DNA of 64,000 bases from a bacterium (GTDB taxonomy: Bacteria > Krumholzibacteriota > Krumholzibacteriia > G020349025), in the NCBI GenBank assembly GCA_031362565.1, contig JANLSU010000081.1:32001-96000 (forward strand), written 5' to 3'. Numbering within the stretch: the first letter of the stretch is position 1; each line of letters starts with the position of its first letter. Made by a program: the position numbers and the translations under genes. The notes under the pieces are model-generated. The model had not been told where the DNA came from. It did no database searches and saw only the letters and a list, made by a program, of their open reading frames with translations. Of the stretch, positions 45,847 through 56,700 are shown in pieces.

Positions 45847-48009
45847 CTACGGCCGGGCCGGGCTCTGCAACCAGCGGTCGAGCCACGTGAGCACGGCGTC
45901 GTGCCACAGAATCGACGTCTGCGGTTTCAGGATCCAGTGGTTTTCGCCCGGGAAGTACATCATCTCGGACGGGATGCCTTTGCGCTGCAAGGTTGCGAAG
46001 GTCGCGAGCCCTTGGCCCTCGGGAACGCGGTAGTCGCGGCCGCCGAAGGTCACGAGCATGGGCGTTTTCCATTTGTCGACGAAGGCGCTCGGCGACCAGC
46101 GCGCATAGGCGGTCGGATTCTCCCACGGCGTGCCGCCGAACTCCCATTCCGGAAACCATTGCTCTTCGGTTCCGCCCCAAAAGCTCGCCATGTCGAAGAG
46201 CCCGGCGTGACTGACGAGGCAACGGAAGCGATCGGTGTGCCCGGCGATCCAATCCACCATGTAACCGCCGTACGAGCCGCCGGCCGCCGCGAGGCGCGTG
46301 CTGTCGATCCACGCGGTTGTCGCAATCGCGTGATCGAGGGATTTCATGAGGTCCTCGTACGGTTTGCCGCCCCAGTCACTATTGATGCCATCGGTGAACG
46401 CCTGGCCGTAGCCGGTCGAACCGCGCGGATCGGGCGCCAGCACGCCGTACCCGGCACCGGCGTAGACTTGCGGATTCCAGCGATAGCTGAAGCGATCGTC
46501 CCACGAACTTTGCGGACCGCCGTGCACGAGCAACACGAGCGGATATTTTTCGCCCTCCCGCCGTCCCACCGGTGGGAACAACCACGCATGGACGCGCGTC
46601 GCACCGGCACCTTCGCACCAGATCTCTTGTGGTTCGCTCAGATGCACGTTGGCAAGTGCCGCGGTGTTGGATTCGGTCAGGCGCGCGATATGGCTGCCAT
46701 CCGCAAGGCAGGTCCACACTTCCCCGGGTGCGGTCAGCGACTCGCCGACGAAGACCAGCCGCTCGCCCCCAGCCGAGCGAAACGCCCGCACTCCGGTCGC
46801 AGAACCTGGATGCGCGATCTTGCGCGCCTGACCGCCGCCTACGTCGACGGCATAGAGTTGGCGGCGCGCCTCGTCGCCGACGCTCACATACAGTTTCTTG
46901 CCGCCCGGGGACCAGACGATCTCACCCGGCGAACGGTCCCACGCTTCGGTGACGACGCGCCGTGTGCCGCTCGCGATGTCGTAGATGACGATGCGCTCGC
47001 GGTCGGCTTCGTAGCCGGGGCGCACCATGGCCAAGTAGGCCACCGATTTGCCGTCCGGCGCAAACGCCGGCGCGGTATCGACGGCGAGATTCGAAGCCGT
47101 GATGCAACGGAATCCCGAACCGTCGGCGGCCCCCAAATAGAGATCAAGATTGGTCGTCCATGCCGCCGACGGATTGTGCGACCGCGCCGTGAAGACGACG
47201 TTGGTGCCGTCCGGCGACCAATCGTAGGACTCGGCGCCCCCGAACGGCGGCGGCGGCGCATCCATTTCGGCGCCGCGCACGATGTCGATGGGCGTGCCGC
47301 CCTTGGCCGGTACGACGAACAAATGTTTGACGCGGCCCGAGTCCCAAGTATCCCAGTGGCGGATCAAGAGATGATCGTAGCGCCGCACGAGGACACCGTT
47401 GCCTTCGAGCTTCTGGGTGCGCTCTTTGGTGCACGCGAGTGTCGCGCAGTCGGGATACACCTCGGCGGCGAATGCGAGTGCGGCGCCGTTCGGTGACCAA
47501 CGAAAGTTCTCGACATCGACCGGCAGGTCCGTCAGCGCGCGCGGCTCGCCACCGGCTAGATCGAGGTTCCAGATCTGCGTCGAACCACTGCGGTCCGACA
47601 AGAAAGCGACGCTCCGGCCGTCCGGCGACCAGCGCGGGCTCGAATCGCTCGCCTTCGCCGTCGTGATGCGCCGCGCCGTGCCACCCGCGACCGGCACGAG
47701 CCACAGGCTCGACCGGCCTTTGTTGGCTTTGACATCGAAACTCTTACGCACATAGGCAACCCAAGCGCCATCCGGCGAAGGTTGCGGATCGGAGACGCGT
47801 TCGAGCGCCCAAAGGTCGCGCACGCCGAGAGCGTGCGGCCCCGATGGCGGTGCAAGGCTGTCGGGTGGTGCCAGCGGTTGCGAGGCGCCCGTGCCGGTGC
47901 CGGCGCAGAACAACGCCACAGCGCCGAGCCACTGACCCGTCCATCTCGCCCGACGGTCCCGTCCACGTACTGCTCCGCGCCGCTTCACAACGCAGGAGAT
48001 TGCCGGCAT
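45847..48009 (-). CDS. S9 family peptidase (dipeptidyl-peptidase 5/acylaminoacyl-peptidase-like)
   Basis: PD40-like WSPDG repeats, HGGPQ, GSTGYG, GGSYGG, DYRVP, ENHW; start uncertain. Confidence 0.92.
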   Translation of the reverse strand: MPAISCVVKRRGAVRGRDRRARWTGQWLGAVALFCAGTGTGASQPLAPPDSLAPPSGPHALGVRDLWALERVSDPQPSPDGAWVAYVRKSFDVKANKGRSSLWLVPVAGGTARRITTAKASDSSPRWSPDGRSVAFLSDRSGSTQIWNLDLAGGEPRALTDLPVDVENFRWSPNGAALAFAAEVYPDCATLACTKERTQKLEGNGVLVRRYDHLLIRHWDTWDSGRVKHLFVVPAKGGTPIDIVRGAEMDAPPPPFGGAESYDWSPDGTNVVFTARSHNPSAAWTTNLDLYLGAADGSGFRCITASNLAVDTAPAFAPDGKSVAYLAMVRPGYEADRERIVIYDIASGTRRVVTEAWDRSPGEIVWSPGGKKLYVSVGDEARRQLYAVDVGGGQARKIAHPGSATGVRAFRSAGGERLVFVGESLTAPGEVWTCLADGSHIARLTESNTAALANVHLSEPQEIWCEGAGATRVHAWLFPPVGRREGEKYPLVLLVHGGPQSSWDDRFSYRWNPQVYAGAGYGVLAPDPRGSTGYGQAFTDGINSDWGGKPYEDLMKSLDHAIATTAWIDSTRLAAAGGSYGGYMVDWIAGHTDRFRCLVSHAGLFDMASFWGGTEEQWFPEWEFGGTPWENPTAYARWSPSAFVDKWKTPMLVTFGGRDYRVPEGQGLATFATLQRKGIPSEMMYFPGENHWILKPQTSILWHDAVLTWLDRWLQSPARP

Positions 48010-48109
48010 CGCGTCGCCTTTCATTCTCGGGACGAAATTGCGTGCATTGATCACGGCGGCATTCGGGGCGGGAGTGTACCAGAGCGGACCACAGATGTGG
48101 CCGCCGCCC

Positions 48110-49519
48110 TCACGGCCCGTAGAGGGCCTGCAACACCGGCGGGTCCGGCTCTTCGACTGCGAGCACGGAATGGCACGTGCTGCAATCCTGGCTGATCGTG
48201 CGGCCAGCGCTCGAGCGGTGTCCATCGTCGTGACAACGGAAACAACCGCTGTCGTCCTGGTGTCCCAACATACTTGGATGCACCGCCCAGCCGACGTTCA
48301 TGTCCGGAAACACATTGCGCTGGTAGATTGCCCGCAATGCCGTTGCCGCGGCGGTGATGTCCGCGGCGCGGGCGGTCACGAGCGACGGATCGGTGCGGCC
48401 GTAGAACGCCCGCAGCGAATCCTCGAAACCAGCCAGCGCCGCTTGCTTGCTCGGGTAGTCCGCTTGCAAGAGGCGCATCGCCTCGCGCTTGACGGACGGC
48501 AGGTCACGCGGAATGCGCCGCGCCTCGAGCGCCGCATCCAAGGCGGCCGCGGGCAGCTCGAATTCGTGTGATGGACGGTTGTGACAATCGATGCAGTCCA
48601 TGCGCCGCTTCGGCAACGCCAGGATGCTGTCTTTGCGCGCCTCGTCACCGCCGCGCCAGTATTCGCGCACCGCGCCGGTGGAATCTTCGACGCTGATCCA
48701 ATGGATCGTTCGCCGGTCGGGGCTCGAACGGTACTCGACGTGGCTCATGGTGTGCCAATGAATGCCGGTTGCGAAACCGGACTGCGGCTTGCCACCGCCG
48801 ACTTTGAGCAAGAGCACGGTCGCCTGGCGGGTGTTGGCCGCGTCCTCGGAATAGCGGCGCAGAACCTTGATTCGATCGCCGTGAAATTTCTCCGGCCAGT
48901 GGCATTTCTCGCATGTCTCGCGCGCCGGCCGCAAGTTGGCGATCGGCGCCGGGATCGGTTTTGGGTAGGTGTGAAGCGTGACCGCCGCCACCTGACGCAG
49001 TCCTGAAAGTTTCGATTTCACAAACCAACTCGCACCCGGGCCGATGTGGCACTCCGTGCAGGACACGCGCGAGTGCGACGAGTTTTGATAAGCGGTGTAC
49101 TCGGGTTCCATCACCGTATGGCATACCTTGCCGCAGAACTGCGGCGACTCCATGTATTCGACTGCATGGTAGCTGCTGAGCGCCAGCACGATGACGTTGA
49201 TCCCGGTCAAGGACAGCAGGATGACGATGCGGCGGTGGTCGAGACGCAGCGGCAGTGCGCCGTCGCCCGCACCGCGACGGCGGTTGCGCGCCACCGCCAC
49301 CGCGATCAACAGCAATCCGGCGATGAAGACGCCGGGCAGGACGAGGAAGGCGAAAATTCCCGTGTACGGCGGCAAGCTCTCGATCGTCAGCACCAGGATC
49401 ATCAGCACGACGATGCCAATCGCCGACACCGTCACGAGCGCGATCGCGAACAGCCCCAAAAGGCTCCGTGACCCTACCGCAACCATCTCACGGATCGTTT
49501 TCCACATGGCGCGCATCAT
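48110..49519 (-). CDS. membrane-anchored NapC/NirT-type multiheme c cytochrome (ImcH-like)
   Basis: Three N-terminal TMs; CGKVCH, CTECH, CEKCH, CIDCH, CFRCH, CSTCH; KSKLSG.RQ and RPARETC motifs. Confidence 0.85.
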   Translation of the reverse strand: MMRAMWKTIREMVAVGSRSLLGLFAIALVTVSAIGIVVLMILVLTIESLPPYTGIFAFLVLPGVFIAGLLLIAVAVARNRRRGAGDGALPLRLDHRRIVILLSLTGINVIVLALSSYHAVEYMESPQFCGKVCHTVMEPEYTAYQNSSHSRVSCTECHIGPGASWFVKSKLSGLRQVAAVTLHTYPKPIPAPIANLRPARETCEKCHWPEKFHGDRIKVLRRYSEDAANTRQATVLLLKVGGGKPQSGFATGIHWHTMSHVEYRSSPDRRTIHWISVEDSTGAVREYWRGGDEARKDSILALPKRRMDCIDCHNRPSHEFELPAAALDAALEARRIPRDLPSVKREAMRLLQADYPSKQAALAGFEDSLRAFYGRTDPSLVTARAADITAAATALRAIYQRNVFPDMNVGWAVHPSMLGHQDDSGCFRCHDDGHRSSAGRTISQDCSTCHSVLAVEEPDPPVLQALYGP

Positions 49520-49670
49520 ACCAAAGGACCCGATGCAGATGTCGCGCCGCATTTTGATGACGACATCGTCATTTTTCGGCACCGTCGCCGGTGCGATGAC
49601 TCTCAACGCATGCAAATTGTCGTTTGAGGCGCGAAAAAGCCGCGATTCCTTCTCTCCACGGCGGCCGGTT

Positions 49671-49687
49671 CCGGTATGCTCATTGCG
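49671..49687 (+). promoter_or_regulatory. putative sigma54 -24/-12 promoter of the tetraheme cytochrome
   Basis: ccGGTATGctcaTTGCg, GG-N10-GC. Confidence 0.65.
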
Positions 49688-49780
49688 TCGTTCGTACATG
49701 AACGGTATGAAGGAACGGCGATCACGCGGACAAATGTGCGTGCGCTGTCCGTACCAGAGGCTGAAGGGTGGCGTGTGCAG

Positions 49781-50335
49781 ATGAAGCGAAGGGCGTACGT
49801 GCGAGCTGCGAGTGTGGCGGTGCTGTGCATCGCGGCGTTCGCAGGGCGGGCGGCTGCCGAGGGTGCCGCAGTCCACAAGTATATCGGCGCCGAGAAATGC
49901 GCCCTGTGTCACAAATCCGAAGCCAAGGGCAATCAGTACGGCAAGTGGCTCACGACCGCACATGCGAAGGCGTGGGCAACGCTCGCCAGCCCCAAGGCCC
50001 TCGAGATTGCCAAGAAAAAGGGCATCACGACGCCGCCCCAACAAACGGACGCCTGCGTCAAATGCCACGTCGCCGGTTTTGGACAGCCGGCGGCGATGTT
50101 CGACGCGAGTTTCAAGAAAGAGCTGGGCGTGCAATGTGAGGTCTGTCACGGACCGGGCAGCGACTACAAGGGTATCAGCGTCATGAAGGACAAGACTGCA
50201 GCGATCGCGGCCGGGCTCCTCGTGCCGGACGAGTCGACGTGCAAGAAGTGTCACAACGCCGAAAGCCCGACGTTCACGACCTTCGACTATAAGGCGATGT
50301 ACGCCAAGATCACCCATCCGCGTCCAAAGACGTAG
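49781..50335 (+). CDS. periplasmic tetraheme cytochrome c (c554-like)
   Basis: Signal peptide; YIG..KCALCH, W..T.HA.A, CVKCH, GVQCEVCHGPGS, CKKCH. Confidence 0.88.
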   Translation: MKRRAYVRAASVAVLCIAAFAGRAAAEGAAVHKYIGAEKCALCHKSEAKGNQYGKWLTTAHAKAWATLASPKALEIAKKKGITTPPQQTDACVKCHVAGFGQPAAMFDASFKKELGVQCEVCHGPGSDYKGISVMKDKTAAIAAGLLVPDESTCKKCHNAESPTFTTFDYKAMYAKITHPRPKT

Positions 50336-50475
50336 TCCCAAAGCCGGTGCGCGCGCCAAGGGCATCGTTCCCTTGGCGCACGCACGCGGTGCGGAGAGTT
50401 TGCTACACTCCTCGGTGTTCCCTTTGGATCCTTGGCCGTGAGGGCCTACGGGCGGACCGCACCGAGGCAAAGCGC

Positions 50476-53016
50476 ATGCGAACCCTAATTCTCGTCTTTC
50501 TGACCTGCGGGCTTTGGAGCCGTCCCGCGCCGGCAGAAGACCTGTACGTGGGGCACCCCAAACTGCTCTTCACGGCCGCCGATGTGGCGGGATTACGCGC
50601 CAAGGTGGCCGATGGCGGCGCCGACGACGCCACCTACGCCGCAATGCGCACCTGGGCCCAAGGGGCGCTGGCTTTTCCGACGACCTCCCTGCTCTCCTAC
50701 GCTGAAGGCATCTCGGCGACCGGACAAATGGCTCTGGTGTCGCAGATCGAGACCAACGGCGCGGCGTACGCGGCCAAAACGCGCCAGCTCGTGCTCGAGG
50801 TGGCGCGCAACCGCCCTTCCACCAACGACGAGTTCGCCTCGGGCCTGCGGCTGCAGGTGATGGCGCTGGGCTATGACCTCGCATTCGCCGGCGCGACGCC
50901 GGCCGAACGCGACGAGGTGCGCCACGCGATGCGCGCCGCACTCGACTTCATGCCGCCGCGCTTCAACTACTACTGCCAGGCCTACAACCCCTACTGCGGC
51001 AACCACGGGATGACGGTCGGAGCTTCGATGGGGCTCGCAGTCATCGCACTCTGGGATGACGTGTCGCCGGCCGGCCAGGACTCACTCGCAACCGCCTTGG
51101 CATTCGCCGATCCCATCATTCAGAAGTGCCTGACGGATATCCTGCCGGACGATGGCGCGTACCGCGAAGGCGTGCTGTACGCCGGCTGGATCCTGCATGT
51201 TACAGCGCCGTACTTCGAAGCCCGGCGCCGCTTCGATGGCACTGATTTCGCCGCCGACCCGCGCTTCGCGCGCCTGATCGAATGGCTGTGCTACGAACTC
51301 GCGCCCGATGGCGGCGGGCGCACGAACAATCTGAACGATTCGCCGTGGTCGTCGCGGCCGTTGGCTCTCCACGGCACCGTGATCGAATGGGCGCAGACAC
51401 GGCTCGGCAGCCCGCTCGCGGCGTATCTGCACGACCACGTTCTCGGCAGCTTCGGATTCGACTACGGACCGCCGGCCGACCGCCTCGCAACGGTGCTCTG
51501 GTGGCAACCCATCGCACCGCTCAACCCCGCGGCACTCCTGCCCTCCGGGCGGCTCTTTCCGTCCCGCGGCCTGTACTATTTCCGGAACGGCTGGAAGACG
51601 GGTGCCAGCGGCGACGAGGTCGTGTTCGCGTTCTCGTCGGGCAAGTTCTATGGCGGGCACGCGCAGGAAGATCGGAATCAATTCACTCTCGCTGCCTACG
51701 GCCAGCGCTTCGTGGTCGATTGCGGCGCCGTCGGCAGCACCGCAACCCCGAAGCAGAGCGAAGCCCACAATCTCGTCCTCGTCGATGGCATCGGACAGCA
51801 CAACGCCGGAAACTCGATCGGCACCGACGGCGCCATCGTCTCGTCCCTGGTATCGGGATTCGCCGACTACGTGCGGGGCGATGCACGGGCTGCTTACGCC
51901 ACCTACAGCGCATTCAACTCCCCCGGCGTGCCGTTCGCGGCCTCCGACTGGAGCTGGGGATACGACGGCGGCAATCCGCTCGAGCGCGCCGATCGCACCT
52001 GCATCGTCGTGAAGGACGGCACCGCGCCGCCCTGGATGCTCGTCGCCGATGACATGCGCAAGGACGCGGGGTCACATGCGTGGGACTGGCTCCTGCACAC
52101 GTCACAGGTTCATACGATCGATGTCGCGAGCGACCCGGCGCAGGTGACGGGCTCACAAGCGACGCTCGACCTTTACTTCGCGCATCCGCGCCCGGCGGAC
52201 TTGGCGCTTTCGTGGGCGCCGTTCACCCACGGCGGCACCGATCCGCCGACGAATCGCCTTGTCGCGCACCACAACGCCGTCGAACCGCGCTTCGCCGTCG
52301 CGCTCGTTCCGCGCCGCAACGGCGACGCGGCGCCGCTGTACGCCTCCACCAGCGACAGTGTTTCGACGGAGTTGTCGCTCGACTGGGGATCGGCGCGCGA
52401 CGTCTTGGTTTTCAATCCGCACCGCGTGCGCGTCACGCACGAGATCGACACCGATGGTGTGGCCGCGTTGGTCCGGCGCGCCGCGGGGGCCGTGCGCGGC
52501 TACCTGCTGGCCGACGGCACGTTCATGCGTGAAGGCGGCATCGACCTCGTCGTGCTCGGCGGGGTCGCATCCGCGGCACTCGCGGGCGATTCGCTCGAAC
52601 TCTCCAGCGACGATGTGCCGTTCACGGCCTGGGGTCCCGAAGTCGTGGCCGTCCGCGGGCCCTCGGGCCCGCGCGCCTTCGTGCGGGACGGCGACGTCGT
52701 CCGGAATCCAACGGCGACGGACGTTGCAGCCCTCGGGGCGAGCCTGCAAATCGAACCGCTCCGGCCCCAACCGGCGCGCGGCGGCGCGACGCTGCGTCTC
52801 GCGCTCAACCACTCCGCCCGGACTCGAGTGCGGATCGTCGACGCCCGTGGCGGGCTCGTCCGCGATCTTGGCGAGCGCACCCGTTCAGCAGGTGCCGTCG
52901 CAATTCCCTGGGACGGCCGCAGCGCCTCGGGCCGCCCCGTTTCACCCGGCGTCTACTTCTTCGTCATCGAGCTGGCCGGACACTCGACGGCCCTGAAGGT
53001 CGTGCTGATCCGCTGA
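50476..53016 (+). CDS. secreted heparinase II/III-family polysaccharide lyase-like protein with FlgD-Ig-like C-terminal domain
   Basis: HPKL.F, NH, DG.Y.EG..Y, R.GW, GHAQ.D.N.F.L...G, AHN.VLVDG; C-terminal WDGR...G..V.PGVYF. Confidence 0.78.
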   Translation: MRTLILVFLTCGLWSRPAPAEDLYVGHPKLLFTAADVAGLRAKVADGGADDATYAAMRTWAQGALAFPTTSLLSYAEGISATGQMALVSQIETNGAAYAAKTRQLVLEVARNRPSTNDEFASGLRLQVMALGYDLAFAGATPAERDEVRHAMRAALDFMPPRFNYYCQAYNPYCGNHGMTVGASMGLAVIALWDDVSPAGQDSLATALAFADPIIQKCLTDILPDDGAYREGVLYAGWILHVTAPYFEARRRFDGTDFAADPRFARLIEWLCYELAPDGGGRTNNLNDSPWSSRPLALHGTVIEWAQTRLGSPLAAYLHDHVLGSFGFDYGPPADRLATVLWWQPIAPLNPAALLPSGRLFPSRGLYYFRNGWKTGASGDEVVFAFSSGKFYGGHAQEDRNQFTLAAYGQRFVVDCGAVGSTATPKQSEAHNLVLVDGIGQHNAGNSIGTDGAIVSSLVSGFADYVRGDARAAYATYSAFNSPGVPFAASDWSWGYDGGNPLERADRTCIVVKDGTAPPWMLVADDMRKDAGSHAWDWLLHTSQVHTIDVASDPAQVTGSQATLDLYFAHPRPADLALSWAPFTHGGTDPPTNRLVAHHNAVEPRFAVALVPRRNGDAAPLYASTSDSVSTELSLDWGSARDVLVFNPHRVRVTHEIDTDGVAALVRRAAGAVRGYLLADGTFMREGGIDLVVLGGVASAALAGDSLELSSDDVPFTAWGPEVVAVRGPSGPRAFVRDGDVVRNPTATDVAALGASLQIEPLRPQPARGGATLRLALNHSARTRVRIVDARGGLVRDLGERTRSAGAVAIPWDGRSASGRPVSPGVYFFVIELAGHSTALKVVLIR

Positions 53017-53486
53017 GGTGCGAGCGCCCCGGTGCGGCCGGGCTGGAAATTCACCACCGCCGCCTTGGAACCGCCCAGTTGCTCGATATAGGGACGCGCG
53101 ACTTCCTCGAGCGTCGCCGCCTGCAACGTATCGCGCACGGCATTTTCGACGCGCGCAAACACGTCCAGGAGCGAACAGTCGCCGGCCAACGCACAGTCGG
53201 CGTCGCCCGTGCAGTCGAAGGCACGCACCGGGCCATCGATCTGCTCGATGATGTCGGCGACGGTGATTTCATTGGGCGCGCGCTGCAGGCGGAAGCCGCC
53301 GTGGTGCCCCTTCATCGACGCGATGAGTCCACCTTTGACCAGCCGCTGCAGGATGTGGGCGAGCAGGAAGTGCGGCGTACGCATCGTCTGAGTGATTTGT
53401 TGCAGCGGCACGTAGTCCGCCGTGGGCCGCGCCGCGAGATAGATCATGGCCCGCAGGCCGTAGTCGGCACTTCTCGACAGCATCAT
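52953..53486 (-). CDS. Rrf2 family transcriptional regulator
   Basis: DYGLRAM..LA, S.KG..GGF.L, C-x5-C-x5-C FeS ligands. Confidence 0.9.
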   Translation of the reverse strand: MMLSRSADYGLRAMIYLAARPTADYVPLQQITQTMRTPHFLLAHILQRLVKGGLIASMKGHHGGFRLQRAPNEITVADIIEQIDGPVRAFDCTGDADCALAGDCSLLDVFARVENAVRDTLQAATLEEVARPYIEQLGGSKAAVVNFQPGRTGALAPQRISTTFRAVECPASSMTKK

Positions 53487-53570
53487 CGTGGTTCTCCCCC
53501 GAGTCGCTCCGCGCACGGCCGGCGCATGAGTCACGGCGGCGATGGCGAGGCACGTTCTGCAGCGGGAGCA

Positions 53571-53625
53571 TTGCGAGCCGCGTGCCGTTCCAGGACGCCG
53601 CGCCGCAGAACACAACGGGTTGATT
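53571..53625 (-). promoter_or_regulatory. sigma54 promoter plus IHF site upstream of the Rrf2 gene
   Basis: acGGCACGcggcTCGCAa (53588-53571) and AATCAAcccgTTG (53625-53613), an exact WATCAR-N4-TTR match. Confidence 0.75.
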
Positions 53626-53745
53626 TCATGTCTTTTGGGCGTTGGGCGCCAAAATGAGCCGACGCCGCACGTGTGTCGAAAAGACGCACTGGAGCGAGCG
53701 GACGCAGCCGCCGGCGCGTTGGATCCTTGCCGCCACCCGCATCGT

Positions 53746-56700
53746 TCAACGAGCCACGACCGCGAAGGCTCCCTCCCGGCGCAGCTGTCTGGCGCGCCAC
53801 AATTTGTAGATCGGCGGATACACCAGCAGTTCGAGCAGGAACGAGGTCACGAGCCCGCCGATCATCGGCGCCGCGATCCGCTTCGTGACGTCGGCGCCGG
53901 CGGCGGTCGACCACAGGATGGGCAGCAGGCCCAAGAATGCCGCCGCCACGGTCATCATCTTGGGCCGGGCGCGGCGCACCGCGCCGTGCAGAATTGCCGC
54001 ATCGAGGTCGGCCATGGACCGCAAACGGCCGGCCTTTTGCGCTTGTTCGTACGCCAGATCCAGGAACAGCAGCATGAAGACGCCGGTCTCCGCATCGAGC
54101 CCCATGAGAGCAATCATCCCGACCCAGGCGGCGATCGAGACGTTATACCCGAGGATATGGAACAGCACTACGGCGCCGACGATCGAAAACGGCACCGCCA
54201 GCATGACCACCGAGGCCTTGAACGCCGAACGGGTGTTCGCATAGAGCAGCATGAAAATGAGCGCCAGCGTGATCGGCACGATGAGCTGCAAGCGCTCGCG
54301 GACCCGTTGCATGTTCTCGTACTGGCCGCTCCACTGCAGCACCACGCCCGCCGGCAGTTCCACCTGGTCGCGCACGACCCGCTTCGCTTCCTCGACATAG
54401 CCACCCAGGTCGCGGTTCGAAATGTCGACATAGACGTAGCCGGCGACGAAGCCATTTTCGTCGCGCACCATCGACGGCCCCTCGGCCAGCTTGACGTCCG
54501 CCAGTTGGCCGAGCGGCACCTGAGCGCCGCGCGGTGTCGAGACCAGCACGCGCCGCAATTGGTCGATGTCGTCGCGCCACTCGCGCGGGTAGCGGACATT
54601 CACCGGGTAGCGTTCCCGCCCTTCGATGGTCGTCGTGACGTTCTCGCCGCCGATGGCGCTGACGATGACCCGTTGCAGGGATTCTACGGTCAATCCGTGG
54701 CGCGCCAACTGTTCGCGACGCGGTTCGAAGTCCACGAAGTAACCGCCGGCGATGCGCTCCGCATACACGCTGCGCGTTCCCGGTACGTCGCGCAACACGG
54801 CCTCGATGTGCTCGCCGATGCGTTCGATTTCGCGGGCATCGCCCCCCAGAATCTTGATGCCCACCGGGGTGCGGACGCCCGTCGACAGCATGTCGACGCG
54901 GGCCTTGATGGGCATGGTCCACGAATTCGTGGTGCCCGGAATGCGCAGCGCCGCATCCATTTCGTCGACGAGTTGCTCGTACGAAATGCGATCGGGCCAG
55001 ATCGGGCGCACCAGGCGCTGCACAGGATCCGGCATCCAGCTCGAATACCAGCGTGGGCGGGCCCGCCATTCCCGGTCCGGTTTCAAAACGACCGTGGTTT
55101 CCATCATCGAAAACGGCGCGGGATCCGTGGAGGTGTCGGCGCGGCCGGCCTTGCCGAAAACCCGCTCGACCTCCGGAAAACTCCGCAAGACGCGATCTTG
55201 AGTCTGCAGCAGCTCTTGCGCCTGCGCCACGGAAATCCCCGGCAGAGTCGTCGGCATGTACATCATCGTGCCCTCGTGGAGCGGCGGCATGAACTCCGAA
55301 CCGAGGCGCACGTAGGCCGGCAGCGCCAGCAAGACGATCAAGACCGCGCCGCCGATCACCTTGCGTGGATGCCGCAATACGAAACGGCAGGCCGGGTCAT
55401 AGACCCGGGCAATGGCGCGGCTGATCGGGTGGCGTGCCTCAGCGTGGTACGTGCCGACCGCCAAGTGCGTCACGAACCGCGCCAACCATGCCGGCCGGAA
55501 GCGGAACGGGTCGACGCGCGTGAACATCATGCGCATCGCCGGATCGAGAGTGATCGCCAGCAGTGCGGCTATTCCCATCGCCAGGTTCTTGGAGTAGGCG
55601 AGCGGCTTGAACAAGCGCCCTTCCTGATCCACGAGTGCGAAAACCGGCAGAAAGGCGACGGCAATCACGAGGAGCGACAGGAACACCGCCGGAGCGACTT
55701 CTTGCATCGCCTGCAGGCGCACCTGGTGGAAATCACCGTGGCGGCCGCCGGCGTGCCATTCGTGCAGTTTGTTGTAGGCGTTTTCGACTTCGACAATCGC
55801 CCCATCGACGAGCACGCCGATGGAGATGGCGATCCCGGCGAGCGACATGATGTTGACGGTGACACCGAGGGCGTAGAGCGGGATGAACGACAACAGCACC
55901 GCCACCGGGATCGTGACGATGGGAACCACCGCCGACGGGATGTGCCACAGAAAGACCAGGATGACCAGCGACACGATGATCATTTCGACAAGCAGTTCAT
56001 GCCGGAGAGCGTGGAGAGCGCGATGGATGAGATCGCTGCGGTCGTAGGTGGTGACGATTTCTACACCATCGGGCAATGAAGGCTCGATGTCGCGCAGTTT
56101 CTGCCGGACCCGGTCGATGACGTTGAGTGCGTTTTCGCCGTGCCGCATCACAACGATGCCGCAGACGTGATCGCCCAATCCGTCCAGGTCGGCAACGCCG
56201 CGGCGGATTTCCGGGCCGATCTCGATGTGCGCCACATCCCGCAACAGGATCGGCGTGCCCGAGGAATCCGCCTTTACCACGACCGACGCCAGATCCTCGA
56301 CCGAGCGCGCATAGCCGCGGCCGCGCACCATGTATTCGCGGCCGCTCCATTCCAGAAGACGGCCGCCGACTTCATTGTTGGAGCGGCGAATCGCCTCGAC
56401 GACGTCGTCGAGCGGTAACCGGTATGCCGCCAGTTGATTCGGATCGACCGTCACTTGGTACTGCTTCACGAAACCGCCGATGGCGGCGACTTCGGCGACC
56501 CCCGGTACCGACTGCAGCGCATACCGCAGCGTCCAGTCCTGAAACGACCGGAGCTCGTCCAAAGAGTGTTTTCCGGAGTGATCGACCAGTGCGTATTGAA
56601 ACACCCAGCCGACACCCGAGGCGTCCGGCCCCAGTTCCGTCTGCACGCCGGCGGGCAGGCGCGGTTGAATCTTGGACAAGTATTCGAGCACCCTGGAGCG

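Noticed and set aside
49520..50470. ORF-track extension of the multiheme cytochrome to 786 aa
   Set aside because: It is antisense to the c554-like gene and crosses the regulatory intergenic region.
53542..56079. Long + strand ORF (845 aa) and similar shadow ORFs throughout the window
   Set aside because: They are antisense to well-supported genes, Arg/His-rich with no motifs, and typical high-GC artefacts.
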